Shown piece after piece: positions 30,079 through 39,400 of a stretch of 64,000 bases of DNA. Source of the DNA: Vulcanimicrobiota bacterium (GTDB taxonomy: Bacteria > Vulcanimicrobiota > Vulcanimicrobiia > Vulcanimicrobiales > Vulcanimicrobiaceae); contig OY970243.1 in NCBI GenBank assembly GCA_963715435.1, forward strand, positions 1,716,320 through 1,780,319, given 5' to 3'. The notes under the pieces were generated by a model that searched no databases, was not told the origin of the DNA, and worked only from the letters and a program-made list of their open reading frames with translations. The translations under genes and the position numbers were made by a program. The stretch's first letter is position 1. Each line of letters opens with the position of its first letter.

Positions 30079-30813
30079 ATGGTAGCACTCCTCACAGGCG
30101 GTAGTCGCGGCATCGGTGCTTCGGCGGTTCGCGCACTGCATCGCGACGGTGTCGAAGTTGCGTTCACGTATTCCAGTAATGCCGAGTCCGCGACGCAGCT
30201 CGCGAACGAGCTAGGCGATCGCGCGTTTGCGCTCCGTTGCGACCTCGCCGATTACGATGCGCTGCCGCCCGTTTTAAACGCATGCGTCGAGCGGTACGGC
30301 CGCATCGACGTGCTCGTCAACAACGGCGCCATTTTCGAGGACAATCCGTTCTTCGACAACGACTACGCGTCGTGGCGCCGCGGTTGGGAGCGAACGTTTT
30401 CGATCAACCTTTTCGGCGGCGTGCATCTGACCTATCTCGCGCTGCAGCGCATGCGCGCGCAAGGATCCGGAAAGATCGTCAACGTGGCTTCGCGATCGGC
30501 GCATCGCGGCGAACTGAACGTCGCCGACTATGGCGCCAGTAAAGCCGCTCTCGTGAACTTCACCAAGTCGATCGCACGCTCTTGCGGCCGTTACGGCATC
30601 AAAGCCATCGCTATCGCGCCAGGCTTCATCGAAACCGATATGGCGGCGCCGGATCTGTCGACACGCCGCGCTGAGCTCGAAGCTGAGGTCCCGCTGGGTT
30701 ACATCGGCAGCGCCGACGAGGTCGGTGAAATCATAGCGTTCTTTGCCTCGAGCAAAGGCGACTACGCCAGCGGTGCGACGATCGATCTCAACGGCGGAAG
30801 TTACGTTCGATGA
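30079..30813 (+). CDS. SDR-family oxidoreductase (FabG-like)
   Basis: ATG at residue 313 of ORF 29143..30813. Motifs TGGSRGIG, NNGA and the catalytic YGASKAAL. Confidence 0.85.
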   Translation: MVALLTGGSRGIGASAVRALHRDGVEVAFTYSSNAESATQLANELGDRAFALRCDLADYDALPPVLNACVERYGRIDVLVNNGAIFEDNPFFDNDYASWRRGWERTFSINLFGGVHLTYLALQRMRAQGSGKIVNVASRSAHRGELNVADYGASKAALVNFTKSIARSCGRYGIKAIAIAPGFIETDMAAPDLSTRRAELEAEVPLGYIGSADEVGEIIAFFASSKGDYASGATIDLNGGSYVR

Positions 30814-31397
30814 AAAACGGCTACACGGAGCTTCCTCCCGGCAAGATCGCGAATGTCGTGACTTGCCTGGAGATGCTCGCAGAACCGCAGCAGCTTCGAC
30901 CCGAACGTGCGGACGGTGCGCTGACCGTCGCGCGCTGGGAACGGCCGGCGCTCGACGAATACCGCACGCTGTTTCGGCGAGTCGGCGCACCCTATCTGTG
31001 GTTTTCGCGCCTCGAGCTCGACGACGAAGCGCTCGCGCAGACCATCTACGATCCGGACTGCGAGATTTACGTCGCGCGCGATCGCGCGGCCGTCGTGGGC
31101 TGGTTCGAGCTCGATTTTCAGGCGGATCAGTGCGAGCTGCGGTTCTTCGGACTCGTTGCCGAGGCGATTGGAACCGGTGCCGGACGTTGGCTCATGAATC
31201 GCGTCCTGGAGCGCGCGTGGGCGCGCCCTATCCGACGCTTCTGGCTGCATACGTGCAATCTCGATCACCCCGGCGCGATGAATTTCGATTGCCGTTCGGG
31301 ATTTGCGCCGTTCAAGCGTGAGATCGAGATTCACGAGGATCCCCGCCTGAACGGTTTGCTGCCGCGCGACGTCGCGCCGGACGTGCCGATACTCTAA
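30810..31397 (+). CDS. GNAT-family acetyltransferase
   Basis: 195 aa with an acetyl-CoA loop-like FGLVAEAIGTGAGRWLM. 4-nt overlap with the SDR gene. Confidence 0.65.
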   Translation: MKNGYTELPPGKIANVVTCLEMLAEPQQLRPERADGALTVARWERPALDEYRTLFRRVGAPYLWFSRLELDDEALAQTIYDPDCEIYVARDRAAVVGWFELDFQADQCELRFFGLVAEAIGTGAGRWLMNRVLERAWARPIRRFWLHTCNLDHPGAMNFDCRSGFAPFKREIEIHEDPRLNGLLPRDVAPDVPIL

Positions 31398-31936
31398 GGC
31401 CGCGCCGTCGTCGAGCTCGGGCTAGAGATCGACCCGCGTTCCGTGGCGCGCGCGCTTGGCGTAAACCGCAACGCGTCGCGAAACTCTCGCACCGAATCCG
31501 TCAGCATCTTCACTTGCTGCGGCTCCGCCTTGTCGCGCAGTTGCGGAAACGCCTTTTCCTCCTCGTCATCGATATGCTCGAGTATCGCCTCGCGCAGCTT
31601 GGAAGCGGTCGATTCAAACTCGGACTCATCGCCCTCCTTGAGCATCGTGTCGAGCTCGAACACCAGGAGATCGGCTTCCGCCGTTTCGTGATAGAGATGT
31701 TGCGCCTCCGACTTCTTACCGGCGAGTTGCGCGAGCGCGGGGTACAGCAAGTTCTCTTCCGTTGCGTTGTGTATCGTCAACGCCGCTTTGAGCTGCTCGA
31801 GCACCCCTTTGCGCCGCTCCGTTTCTCGGGCATTTGCAAGCTGCTCCAAAAGCGCTTTTACAACGTTATGATCGTTGATCAGGATCTCGACGGCATCGTG
31901 TCCGCGGGCGGGAAGTTCTCCACTATTCGGTTGCAT
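31394..31936 (-). CDS. hemerythrin HHE cation-binding domain protein
   Basis: ATG at M46 of ORF 31394..32071. Motifs ILINDHNVV, IHNATEENLLYP and ILEHIDDEE give the His/Glu ligand pattern. Confidence 0.75.
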   Translation of the reverse strand: MQPNSGELPARGHDAVEILINDHNVVKALLEQLANARETERRKGVLEQLKAALTIHNATEENLLYPALAQLAGKKSEAQHLYHETAEADLLVFELDTMLKEGDESEFESTASKLREAILEHIDDEEEKAFPQLRDKAEPQQVKMLTDSVREFRDALRFTPSARATERGSISSPSSTTARP

Positions 31937-32062
31937 CGTGTACCTCTGTGTAAAAGGAGTCGATATGGCATACCCGAGGCGTCGAACGCCAAACGCGCAA
32001 AAAAGCAGGCGCCCAAACTCTCGAGTTCCAATCATGCCGTTGTGAGCTCGAGCCCGATCGCG

Positions 32063-32902
32063 GTGCGGCATTCATCCGTGCTCCTTTGCCCGCCGGCGCA
32101 CTTTACCGTACGCGACGTCAAAAATCCATTCATGGATCCGGCGCAAGCGGTCGATTCGGCGCGAGCGCTAGAACAGTGGGAAGCGCTGCGGGCGGCGTTT
32201 ACGACCGCCGGCGTGGCCTCGCACATCGTCGATCCGGTCGACGATCTGGAAGACATGGTCTTCGCAGCCAATCAAGCCTTCGTCGGCAACGGCTCCCTCC
32301 ATGCCCGCTTTGCCGTTCCGAGCGCTATGCGATATCCGTCACGGCGCCGCGAAGTGCCGTACTTTGCGCGCTGGTTGACAGACCACGGCTTCGACGTTCT
32401 CGATCTCGGCCTCGATGTCGACGCGGGGGACTATCTCGAAGGACACGGCGATTTGTTGGCGCATCCCGGGGATGCGCACGTTTGGGCCGGTTTCGGCTTG
32501 CGCTCGTCGCCGTCGGGCCTCGCGCGGTTTTCAGCGGCAATGAAAGCCGAGAGCATTCGTGTGACGCCGCTGGAGCTCGCCGACGAACATTTTTATCACC
32601 TCGATACGTGCTTCGCTCCGCTTAACTCCGAAGCCGCACTGATTTACGCACCCGCCTTCACCCGCGACGCGCTCGCTGCACTGCGCCGCGGGTGGCGGCG
32701 CCTGCACGAAGTGGACGGTAAAGACGCGTTGGCGTTTGCCTGTAACGGCATCGCGGTTAACGGCTATTTCATCGTTGCGCATCCCTCAGATGCCGTCGTG
32801 GATGCCGTGCGCGTCGAAGGGCTCGTGCCGCTGGTCGTCGACGCCTCGGAGTTCGAAAAGGCCGGCGGCAGCGTCTTCTGCATGAAGACGTTCTTGGATT
32901 AA
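32063..32902 (+). CDS. amidinotransferase / guanidino-group-modifying enzyme superfamily protein
   Basis: LLCPPAHFTV, FYHLDTCF and the C-terminal nucleophile motif GGSVFCM. Start is uncertain: GTG 32063 or GTG 32042 within ORF 31514..32902. Confidence 0.7.
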   Translation: MRHSSVLLCPPAHFTVRDVKNPFMDPAQAVDSARALEQWEALRAAFTTAGVASHIVDPVDDLEDMVFAANQAFVGNGSLHARFAVPSAMRYPSRRREVPYFARWLTDHGFDVLDLGLDVDAGDYLEGHGDLLAHPGDAHVWAGFGLRSSPSGLARFSAAMKAESIRVTPLELADEHFYHLDTCFAPLNSEAALIYAPAFTRDALAALRRGWRRLHEVDGKDALAFACNGIAVNGYFIVAHPSDAVVDAVRVEGLVPLVVDASEFEKAGGSVFCMKTFLD

Positions 32903-32905
32903 GCG

Positions 32906-33685
32906 CTAGAAGCGGATCGATAGACAGCTCAAGCCGCCGTCCATCTTCCGGTATTCCGACATGTCGAGCGTAACGACGTGCAACCCGCGCTTTTCAATAG
33001 CTTCTTGCAGCCTCGGATACCCGGCGGCCAGCAGAACGACGTCGTTCACGCGCACGCAGTTGGCGCCGTACGCTTCGCTCGGCGCGGGGACGATCGCGTC
33101 GGCAGCATCGAGCGGTATCCGCGAGCGCAGCGCTTCGTCGACAACAAAGATTCCGTCGCCGAGGTACGACATGCCGCTCTTGAGGTGCAGAATATCGTCG
33201 AGGTCCCGGATATCCACGAAAACGGTATCAATACCGGCATGGCCGAGCCACGCAGCCAGTTGTTCCGCGCCGTCGCGATTGGTGCGATGCGAAATGCCGA
33301 CGAAAACGCGGTCGTCGCATTCGCAGACGTCGCCGCCGTCGAGCGTTCCGGGCGACACGATCGACGCTATATCGTCGAAATGCCGTGCCAGCGCAGTGCG
33401 AATCGGCATCGTTTCGCCGGCGCGGCTTTTCGCGCCGGGCAGCGTGATGATGGCATGGCCGCGGGCGACGATTGCGGTATCTTCGACGAACGTCGAATCG
33501 GGAAACGCGTCGTCCGCTTCGAGCACAGTGACCTCGACGCCGGCATCGCGCAGAGCCGAACGATATGCGCGATGCTGCGCCAACACTTTATCGAGATCCG
33601 GGGAGCCGAGCGCCGAACTGGTGAGGCCTTGTGCGAACGTATTTCCCGGCATGCGCACGAGTGCCCGCGAAAATCCGTAGCTCAC
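32906..33685 (-). CDS. dimethylarginine dimethylaminohydrolase-like (DDAH family) enzyme
   Basis: GTG at residue 85 of ORF 32906..33937, overlapping the MFS stop (GTGA). Motifs ALVRMPGNTF, PDSTFVEDTA and the catalytic Cys in DGGLSCLSIRF. Confidence 0.8.
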   Translation of the reverse strand: MSYGFSRALVRMPGNTFAQGLTSSALGSPDLDKVLAQHRAYRSALRDAGVEVTVLEADDAFPDSTFVEDTAIVARGHAIITLPGAKSRAGETMPIRTALARHFDDIASIVSPGTLDGGDVCECDDRVFVGISHRTNRDGAEQLAAWLGHAGIDTVFVDIRDLDDILHLKSGMSYLGDGIFVVDEALRSRIPLDAADAIVPAPSEAYGANCVRVNDVVLLAAGYPRLQEAIEKRGLHVVTLDMSEYRKMDGGLSCLSIRF

Positions 33686-34917
33686 GACGACCTCGCCGTG
33701 GCGGCAAGGCGCGCCATGACCGCCGTCGCCATCAACGCCGGCGGAATCCCCGCCAGCTGCAGCACGCCCAGGCCGCGCCAGGCAAACGCAAAGCCGTAAA
33801 CTTCGGCAATCGCTCCAAATAACGTCGGCGCGATGAACGCCGCCAAAAACACCCACGTCAACGAAACGCCGAGCGCGCTTCCGCAGTGCTCTTCGCCGCC
33901 GATCTCCGCGAAGCCGAGTACCGCAACGCCGAACCATCCTTCAGCGGCGAATCCCAATCCCGCGCAGACCAGCGCGATGAACCAGACCGGAGTCGCCGGC
34001 GTCATCGCTCCAAAGAGTAGCGATAGAGCGGCGGTGACGACGCAGACGGTCCCCAGCGGCAGCGCGCGTTTCCCGCCGAAAATACCGTCGCTCGCCCAAC
34101 CCCAGAACACGCGTCCGGCGATGGCGGCGAGCTGCGACAATGTGAACATGCCGATCGCCATTGGAAGCGGCGCGTTGACTTCGTGAACGAGCGTGAGCGT
34201 GAGAAACGCCATGACGGCGAGCTGGGAGCAGACCAAGATCATCGACACCAGGGTCATCAAGATCAAACGTCCGTCGCGCGCGATCGAGACCATCTCCGCA
34301 ATCATGGCGCGTACCGAAACGCGCTCGCCTTCCAGCTCGACCGGTTCGCGATAGAGCAGCGACGTAAGTCCGCACGACACGATCGTGACGACGCCGGCTG
34401 CCGCCAGCGCCCATTGATAATCAAAATGCAATGCGATCGCGGGAAGTGCGATCGATCCAATGACGCCGGCCACGGGCACCCCGCACTGCCGGATCCCCAT
34501 GGCGAGGCCGCGTTCTTCCTTTTTGAAAAAGTAGACGATAGCGTGGCTTCCCGACGGCGTTACCGCCGCGAACCCTGTACCGTACACCAGCAGCCAGAAG
34601 AGCAGCCAACCGAAGTTTGCCACCGCCGAGGCCGCGAGTAGCGCCGCGCCCATGAAGAGTCCGGTCCACAGCACCACCGCTTTGTCGCCGAAGCGGTCGG
34701 TAAGCATACCAGCGACGGCGGTCATGATTAGCGATCCGGCCATTTGTACTGAAAGCACGATGCCGAGCTGCGTTTGGCCGAGATGAAACGCGCTCTCGAA
34801 AAACGGCAGCAGCGTTCCCGTAGCCATGATAAAGAGCGACGCGCCGATCATCGCGCCCGTGAAGAGCGCGAGCACTTCATACCGCGATTCGGGCATGGGA
34901 TTATGCGGTCGGACCAT
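33682..34917 (-). CDS. MFS transporter
   Basis: Start placed at M222 of ORF 33682..35580; M229 at 34896 is the alternative. 12 TM helices with a LTDRFGDK loop signature. The upstream 221 codons are Arg-rich antisense to dagK-like and are rejected. Confidence 0.8.
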   Translation of the reverse strand: MVRPHNPMPESRYEVLALFTGAMIGASLFIMATGTLLPFFESAFHLGQTQLGIVLSVQMAGSLIMTAVAGMLTDRFGDKAVVLWTGLFMGAALLAASAVANFGWLLFWLLVYGTGFAAVTPSGSHAIVYFFKKEERGLAMGIRQCGVPVAGVIGSIALPAIALHFDYQWALAAAGVVTIVSCGLTSLLYREPVELEGERVSVRAMIAEMVSIARDGRLILMTLVSMILVCSQLAVMAFLTLTLVHEVNAPLPMAIGMFTLSQLAAIAGRVFWGWASDGIFGGKRALPLGTVCVVTAALSLLFGAMTPATPVWFIALVCAGLGFAAEGWFGVAVLGFAEIGGEEHCGSALGVSLTWVFLAAFIAPTLFGAIAEVYGFAFAWRGLGVLQLAGIPPALMATAVMARLAATARSS

Positions 34918-35085
34918 AGAGGGTTGTGCGCGCGGCGTGCGGCACGTACCTGCGTGGACTCCCGCGAGGAAGCCAAGCGGCACGCCGTAACGTTCGCGAT
35001 CTGCGCGTGGGACGGCGTTCGCGCTGCTTGCCTTCTCGCGGCAGAAGCGCATCCCTCGACAGCATCGGGATGACAAGACGCCGCC

Positions 35086-35916
35086 GTGCGCGCACTCCTG
35101 ATACTCAATCCCGAATCGCGACGAGGCCGTGAGATGGCGCCTACGCTGCGCAACGATCTGCGGCGGTGCGGCATTGAGACGGTCGACGACAGAGCGCACG
35201 AGGTCGGCGTGGACTGCGTCGTGTCCGCCGGTGGCGACGGAACGCTCACGCGCGCGATGGCGCGCGCCATCGAACTGCGCGTCCCCATCGGCCTGGTGCC
35301 GTTGGGAACGTTCAACGATCTGGCGCGAACGCTCAACGTTCCGTTCGACCTCGCGTCGGCATGTGCGACGATCGGCGCGGGTCACACGCGGACGATCGAC
35401 GTCGCGCGCGTCAACGGCGTGTATTACGCGAGCGAAGCGAGCATCGGCGTGTCCAGCCGCATCGCGCGCATTCAGACGACCGCTGACAAGCGCCGCTTCG
35501 GAATATTGGCCGTGATTGCGACCGCGCTGCGGGCGTTTTGGTACGTGCGACCGATGCGCGTGACGCTCACCTTCGACCAAAACTCCGCGCGCTTCAAGAC
35601 GGTTCAGCTAACCGTAGCGAACAGTCACCGTTTCGGCGGCGTTTTCAACGTCGCGGACGCCGCGATCGACGACGGCTGGCTCGACGTCTATTCCATCGAA
35701 ATCGATAACGCGCGCGAGGCGCTTTCCGTCGCGCGCGCCGTCCTAAGCGGCAAGCGGCACGACGCTCCCGGATTGCGGACCTATCGCTCGACGAAGTTCC
35801 ACGTGCACACGAAGCGCCGGCATCGGATCAGTGCCGACGGCGAACCTGCCGGGCAGACGCCGGCGACGTTCGAAGTTCTTCCGAAAGCGCTTCGCGTCTA
35901 CGTTCCTCGGGAGTGA
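35086..35916 (+). CDS. diacylglycerol/lipid kinase family protein (YegS/DagK-like)
   Basis: MRALLILNPESRRG and the GGDGTL catalytic-domain motif. Confidence 0.85.
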   Translation: MRALLILNPESRRGREMAPTLRNDLRRCGIETVDDRAHEVGVDCVVSAGGDGTLTRAMARAIELRVPIGLVPLGTFNDLARTLNVPFDLASACATIGAGHTRTIDVARVNGVYYASEASIGVSSRIARIQTTADKRRFGILAVIATALRAFWYVRPMRVTLTFDQNSARFKTVQLTVANSHRFGGVFNVADAAIDDGWLDVYSIEIDNAREALSVARAVLSGKRHDAPGLRTYRSTKFHVHTKRRHRISADGEPAGQTPATFEVLPKALRVYVPRE

Positions 35917-35917
35917 T

Positions 35918-36895
35918 ATCATTCGTTACCGTAACTTAGGAAACTCCGGATTGAAGCTGTCCACGATCGGCCTGGGCTCGTGGCTGACGTTCGGCAACAC
36001 GGTCGAGCGCGAGACGGCGCGCGCCTGCATTCTGCGCGCGTGGGAACTCGGCGTCAACTTCATCGATACGGCCAACGTGTACGCGCGAGGCGCCGCTGAG
36101 GAGACGCTCGGCCCGATCGTCAAGGAACTGGAACGCGGCGAGCTGGTGTTGGCGACGAAGGTGTACTTTCCGATGGGCGACGGTGCCAATCAGCACGGTC
36201 TCTCGTGCAAGCACGTTCGCGATCAAATCGATCGCTCGCTCGCGCGGCTGCGCGTCGATTACGTCGATCTCTACCAATGCCACCGCTACGACGTTGCGAC
36301 GCCGTTCGAAGAGACGTGCGCGGCAATGAACGATTTGGTTCGCGTAGGAAAGATTCTCTATTGGGGTGTTTCCGAGTGGACCGCCGACCAGATCGCCGCT
36401 GCGGTCACATTGTGTACCGCACGGGGCTGGGCCGTGCCCGTCAGCAATCAGCCGCAATACAGCGCGCTGTGGCGCCGCATCGAGGCGCGCGTCTTGCCAG
36501 TGTGCCGGCATTACGGCGTGGGGAACGTCGTCTGGTCGCCGTTGGCGATGGGCATTCTCAGCGGAAAGTATACCGATGCCTCGCATCCGCCGTCGGGGTC
36601 CCGCGCGTCGAGCGCTTACAAAGAAATGATGGAGGACTACTTCAAACAGCCGGTGCTCGATGCGGTGCAATCGATTCGGCCGTTGGCGGCGCGTGCCGGC
36701 TGTTCGTTGAGTCAGCTCGCGCTAGCGTGGTGCTTGCGACACTCTGAGATAACCAGTACTATCGTCGGTGCTACAAAGGTCGAGCATGTTGAGGAAAACG
36801 CGGCGGCGGCGGACTTGGACGTCGATCCTGCGATCTTTATAGAGATGGACCGCATCCTCGCGCCGGTGACGCCGCACGAGCCGTATTTGGCCTAG
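35918..36895 (+). CDS. aldo/keto reductase
   Basis: IRYRNLGNSGLKLSTIGLGSW, the DTANVY active-site context, and HRYD. The homologous N-terminus begins at an ATC/ATT codon (35918/35921). The only canonical in-frame start is ATG 35831, 86 nt inside dagK-like. Confidence 0.75.
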   Translation: MIRYRNLGNSGLKLSTIGLGSWLTFGNTVERETARACILRAWELGVNFIDTANVYARGAAEETLGPIVKELERGELVLATKVYFPMGDGANQHGLSCKHVRDQIDRSLARLRVDYVDLYQCHRYDVATPFEETCAAMNDLVRVGKILYWGVSEWTADQIAAAVTLCTARGWAVPVSNQPQYSALWRRIEARVLPVCRHYGVGNVVWSPLAMGILSGKYTDASHPPSGSRASSAYKEMMEDYFKQPVLDAVQSIRPLAARAGCSLSQLALAWCLRHSEITSTIVGATKVEHVEENAAAADLDVDPAIFIEMDRILAPVTPHEPYLA

Positions 36896-36905
36896 TTTTG
36901 CGAAT

Positions 36906-37034
36906 CTAATTCCATTTGGTCGGTCCCCAGCCCGTGAAGCCGGAGAGCCGGGGTGCGACTTCGATCACATGGGTGAAAGAGAGCACCGGGCGTTCTTCTT
37001 TCGGGATGGTGACTTTTTTCCGAGGGGCTTTCAT
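36906..37034 (-). CDS. untracked 42-aa ORF (candidate small peptide 'A')
   Basis: Hand translation gives MKAPRKKVTIPKEERPVLSFTHVIEVAPRLSGFTGWGPTKWN. GGAAGGA lies 7 nt upstream of the ATG. By hand count its third-position GC is higher than that of the competing 68-aa frame (36892..37098). Confidence 0.35.
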   Translation of the reverse strand: MKAPRKKVTIPKEERPVLSFTHVIEVAPRLSGFTGWGPTKWN

Positions 37035-37094
37035 CGTCGTGTCCTTCCGTACTCATCGTACACCCGCACGTACGAAAACGACATGACGTTTGTT

Positions 37095-39329
37095 TCATGT
37101 GCCGGCGTCGGCGCCGGCGTGAAACACGTACTTCACGATGAGACGGTCGATAGTGGCGCCGGCGGCCGGACTGCCGTAATTGACGTAGAGCTCGTTGCCG
37201 CCGCGGAAGCGCTCGTGAAATGCAACGGCGAGGTTGTTGCCGATTTGCGTTGCAAAGCCGCCGTATCCGTTAATGTCGCGTAACGCGACCGTGAACGTGC
37301 TTTCGTCGCCGAGATTAACGCCCAGCGTCACGCTGCGCAGCCACTGCGAATCGAGCACCCCGGTCGTCATCGAGCGTTCGTACGTCCCGTCGTAGCTGAG
37401 CCCGAGCGTAACGATGCGGGCAACCGGGCGGGCGGTCGATGCGGTAAAGAGGTGCACGTAGTTACCGCCAAACGGTCCCCACGAATAGTTCACGTCGACC
37501 GGCGACGGCGTCCCGTCGCCATAACCGGCCGGAATCTGGTAAAGGTTGTACGGCTGCGTCACTCCGTCGCGATAGCACGGATAGCCGGTGAACGTCGACT
37601 GATATTCGATCGGACCGCTGCAGTTCGGCCCCGAGGGGATTCCATATTGCCGCAGCTGGCCGACGGCGACGCCTGCACCGTCGATCGAAAAGTTATTTTT
37701 GAACGTCACGTTGAGGAGCGACTGTGTGTCGGCCTGATGGACCGCTCCCGTTTCATCGATAAAGCGATCGACGCCCGTGAACCACGTCCAATTCTTGATT
37801 CCGGGCGTCGACCCGACGAAGTTGAAAAACGCCATCGGCCCACGAACGTCCGAGATCGGCGTGTAGCCGTCGATCGGGTTGTAGTTGGGCGCCGTATCCA
37901 TGTAACTGGTGAAAACCTCCCAGTTAGGTTTGTGGATGTCGACGCTCGCCTGCGAGAAGTCGGCGTGTCCCTGCGGGACCCAGCTGCCGTCTTCGAATGC
38001 GTGGTCGACGAACCACACGAGACCGTTATGGTAGTTGCGGCCTTGCGCGCCGAACTCCATCGTGTCGTCGTCGCCGGAGATGCTGTGGTGCGCGAGCACG
38101 CCGTCGCTCCAATAATAGAACGTGCCGTCGGGAAGCGCGTGCTCGTAACCATAGGCTTCGTCCGCAAACGTGTTGCCGGTGGTTTGGTCGAAGCCGCGAA
38201 ACGCGAGCACGCCGAAGCTCTGCTTGCCGAACGTCCCTTCCGTCTTTGCTCCCCAGTCGAACGGTCCAATATCGGGGGAATAGAAAATGAGGTTTGGCGC
38301 GGTCGTGATGCCCCCGGACGGCGTGCGCGAGCCCGACGACGCGTTGATGAAGTTTGCGCCCTGCGCGAAAAACGGACGATACTCGACGAGCTGTCGTTGG
38401 AACTCTTGCGGAACGATCGTTTGTTGATCGATCTCAACGTTGGAGAAATCGGGATTCGCGGTGCCGACGAAACTGATCGTCGGCGTCAGCGGGTAGCTCA
38501 CGTCCAAACCGTAGTTGCGCACCTTCATCGGCAAGAACTCGCCGTTGGCTTGCTGGAAGAGCTCGCGTTCGCCGCCGGCGCTTTCCAATCCGAAGATGTC
38601 CGCCCGTCCCTGGCCGCGGCCGCCGCCGGCGATCTTGATCCCAGTCGCCGACGGCCAAAAGCGCGTGTCGTTGAACTGCGGCCAGTTGCCGGATGGGGCG
38701 TCCTGCATGATGCCGCTGTATCCCCAGACGTAGTGCTCGCCGCGCGCCGCGACTTGCCGGACGAACTGAATGTGCCAGGTTTGTGACCCACTAATCTTGA
38801 GCGCCGAGAGGGGAATGACCATGACGGCCTTCCAGTTACCGTTCTCGACCTTGGCAGCGGCTAACCAGCGCGGACGGTAACGGACGTTCTCGTTCGCCTG
38901 CTCGTAGCGTACGCCGCGCGGGGTGGTCTCGAAGTAGTATGAGGTGCTTCCGGCGCCGCTCGTGTCGAGGCCTATCCCGACGAAATCGTCGATGCCGAAG
39001 CCGCTGTCGTTGGTTGCCTGCGTCGCCGTGATCGTCGTCCCCCGTTGGGCCGCCTTGAACGCGATGTAGAGACTCTTGTTGTCGTAGAGCACGTAAGCCG
39101 TGGTTTCGTGCGGGGCCGCCGACCGGGTCGTGACGTTCTCCCAGGGGCCGCTGCCGTTGGGAACCTCGCCGGCCGCCCACGCTGGGTCGCTCAGGGAGGG
39201 GTCGAGGGATAGGGGGTGAGGTGCGCGCGCCACCGGAAACGAAAACTTCTGCTCTACAACGGCGTATACGGGGGTAGCAGAGAACGCCACTCCCAGGAGC
39301 GTTGCGAGGACGAGACCGGCAGGTTTCAT
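37095..39329 (-). CDS. large secreted protein, CBM9/DOMON-like N-terminal domain (DUF5916-like)
   Basis: Signal peptide MKPAGLVLATLLGVAFSATPVYA. N-terminal LSDPAWAAG...YVLYDNKSLYIAFKA is typical of family-9 CBM-like modules. The remainder is beta-rich and rich in Tyr/Gly/Asn. The family call is tentative. Confidence 0.5.
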   Translation of the reverse strand: MKPAGLVLATLLGVAFSATPVYAVVEQKFSFPVARAPHPLSLDPSLSDPAWAAGEVPNGSGPWENVTTRSAAPHETTAYVLYDNKSLYIAFKAAQRGTTITATQATNDSGFGIDDFVGIGLDTSGAGSTSYYFETTPRGVRYEQANENVRYRPRWLAAAKVENGNWKAVMVIPLSALKISGSQTWHIQFVRQVAARGEHYVWGYSGIMQDAPSGNWPQFNDTRFWPSATGIKIAGGGRGQGRADIFGLESAGGERELFQQANGEFLPMKVRNYGLDVSYPLTPTISFVGTANPDFSNVEIDQQTIVPQEFQRQLVEYRPFFAQGANFINASSGSRTPSGGITTAPNLIFYSPDIGPFDWGAKTEGTFGKQSFGVLAFRGFDQTTGNTFADEAYGYEHALPDGTFYYWSDGVLAHHSISGDDDTMEFGAQGRNYHNGLVWFVDHAFEDGSWVPQGHADFSQASVDIHKPNWEVFTSYMDTAPNYNPIDGYTPISDVRGPMAFFNFVGSTPGIKNWTWFTGVDRFIDETGAVHQADTQSLLNVTFKNNFSIDGAGVAVGQLRQYGIPSGPNCSGPIEYQSTFTGYPCYRDGVTQPYNLYQIPAGYGDGTPSPVDVNYSWGPFGGNYVHLFTASTARPVARIVTLGLSYDGTYERSMTTGVLDSQWLRSVTLGVNLGDESTFTVALRDINGYGGFATQIGNNLAVAFHERFRGGNELYVNYGSPAAGATIDRLIVKYVFHAGADAGT

Positions 39330-39400
39330 CGGTATACCAGCGTCACTCGCATCTGAGCGCGACGTCCTCAGAAAGCCATCAAAGATTTATGGAGCGCCTG

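Noticed and set aside
29143-30813. Very long N-terminal extensions of tracked ORFs. Also applies to 31514..32902, 33682..35580, 58605..59612 and 62050..63177.
   Set aside because: The extensions run antisense through neighbouring well-supported genes and are Arg-rich. The recognisable domains begin at internal starts that abut or overlap the neighbour's stop, so those starts were used.
36892-37098. Tracked 68-aa minus-strand ORF with ATGA coupling to the 744-aa gene
   Set aside because: Third-position GC is about 47% by hand count, against about 67% for the 42-aa frame at 36906..37034, which also has a proper SD. Kept only as the less likely alternative.
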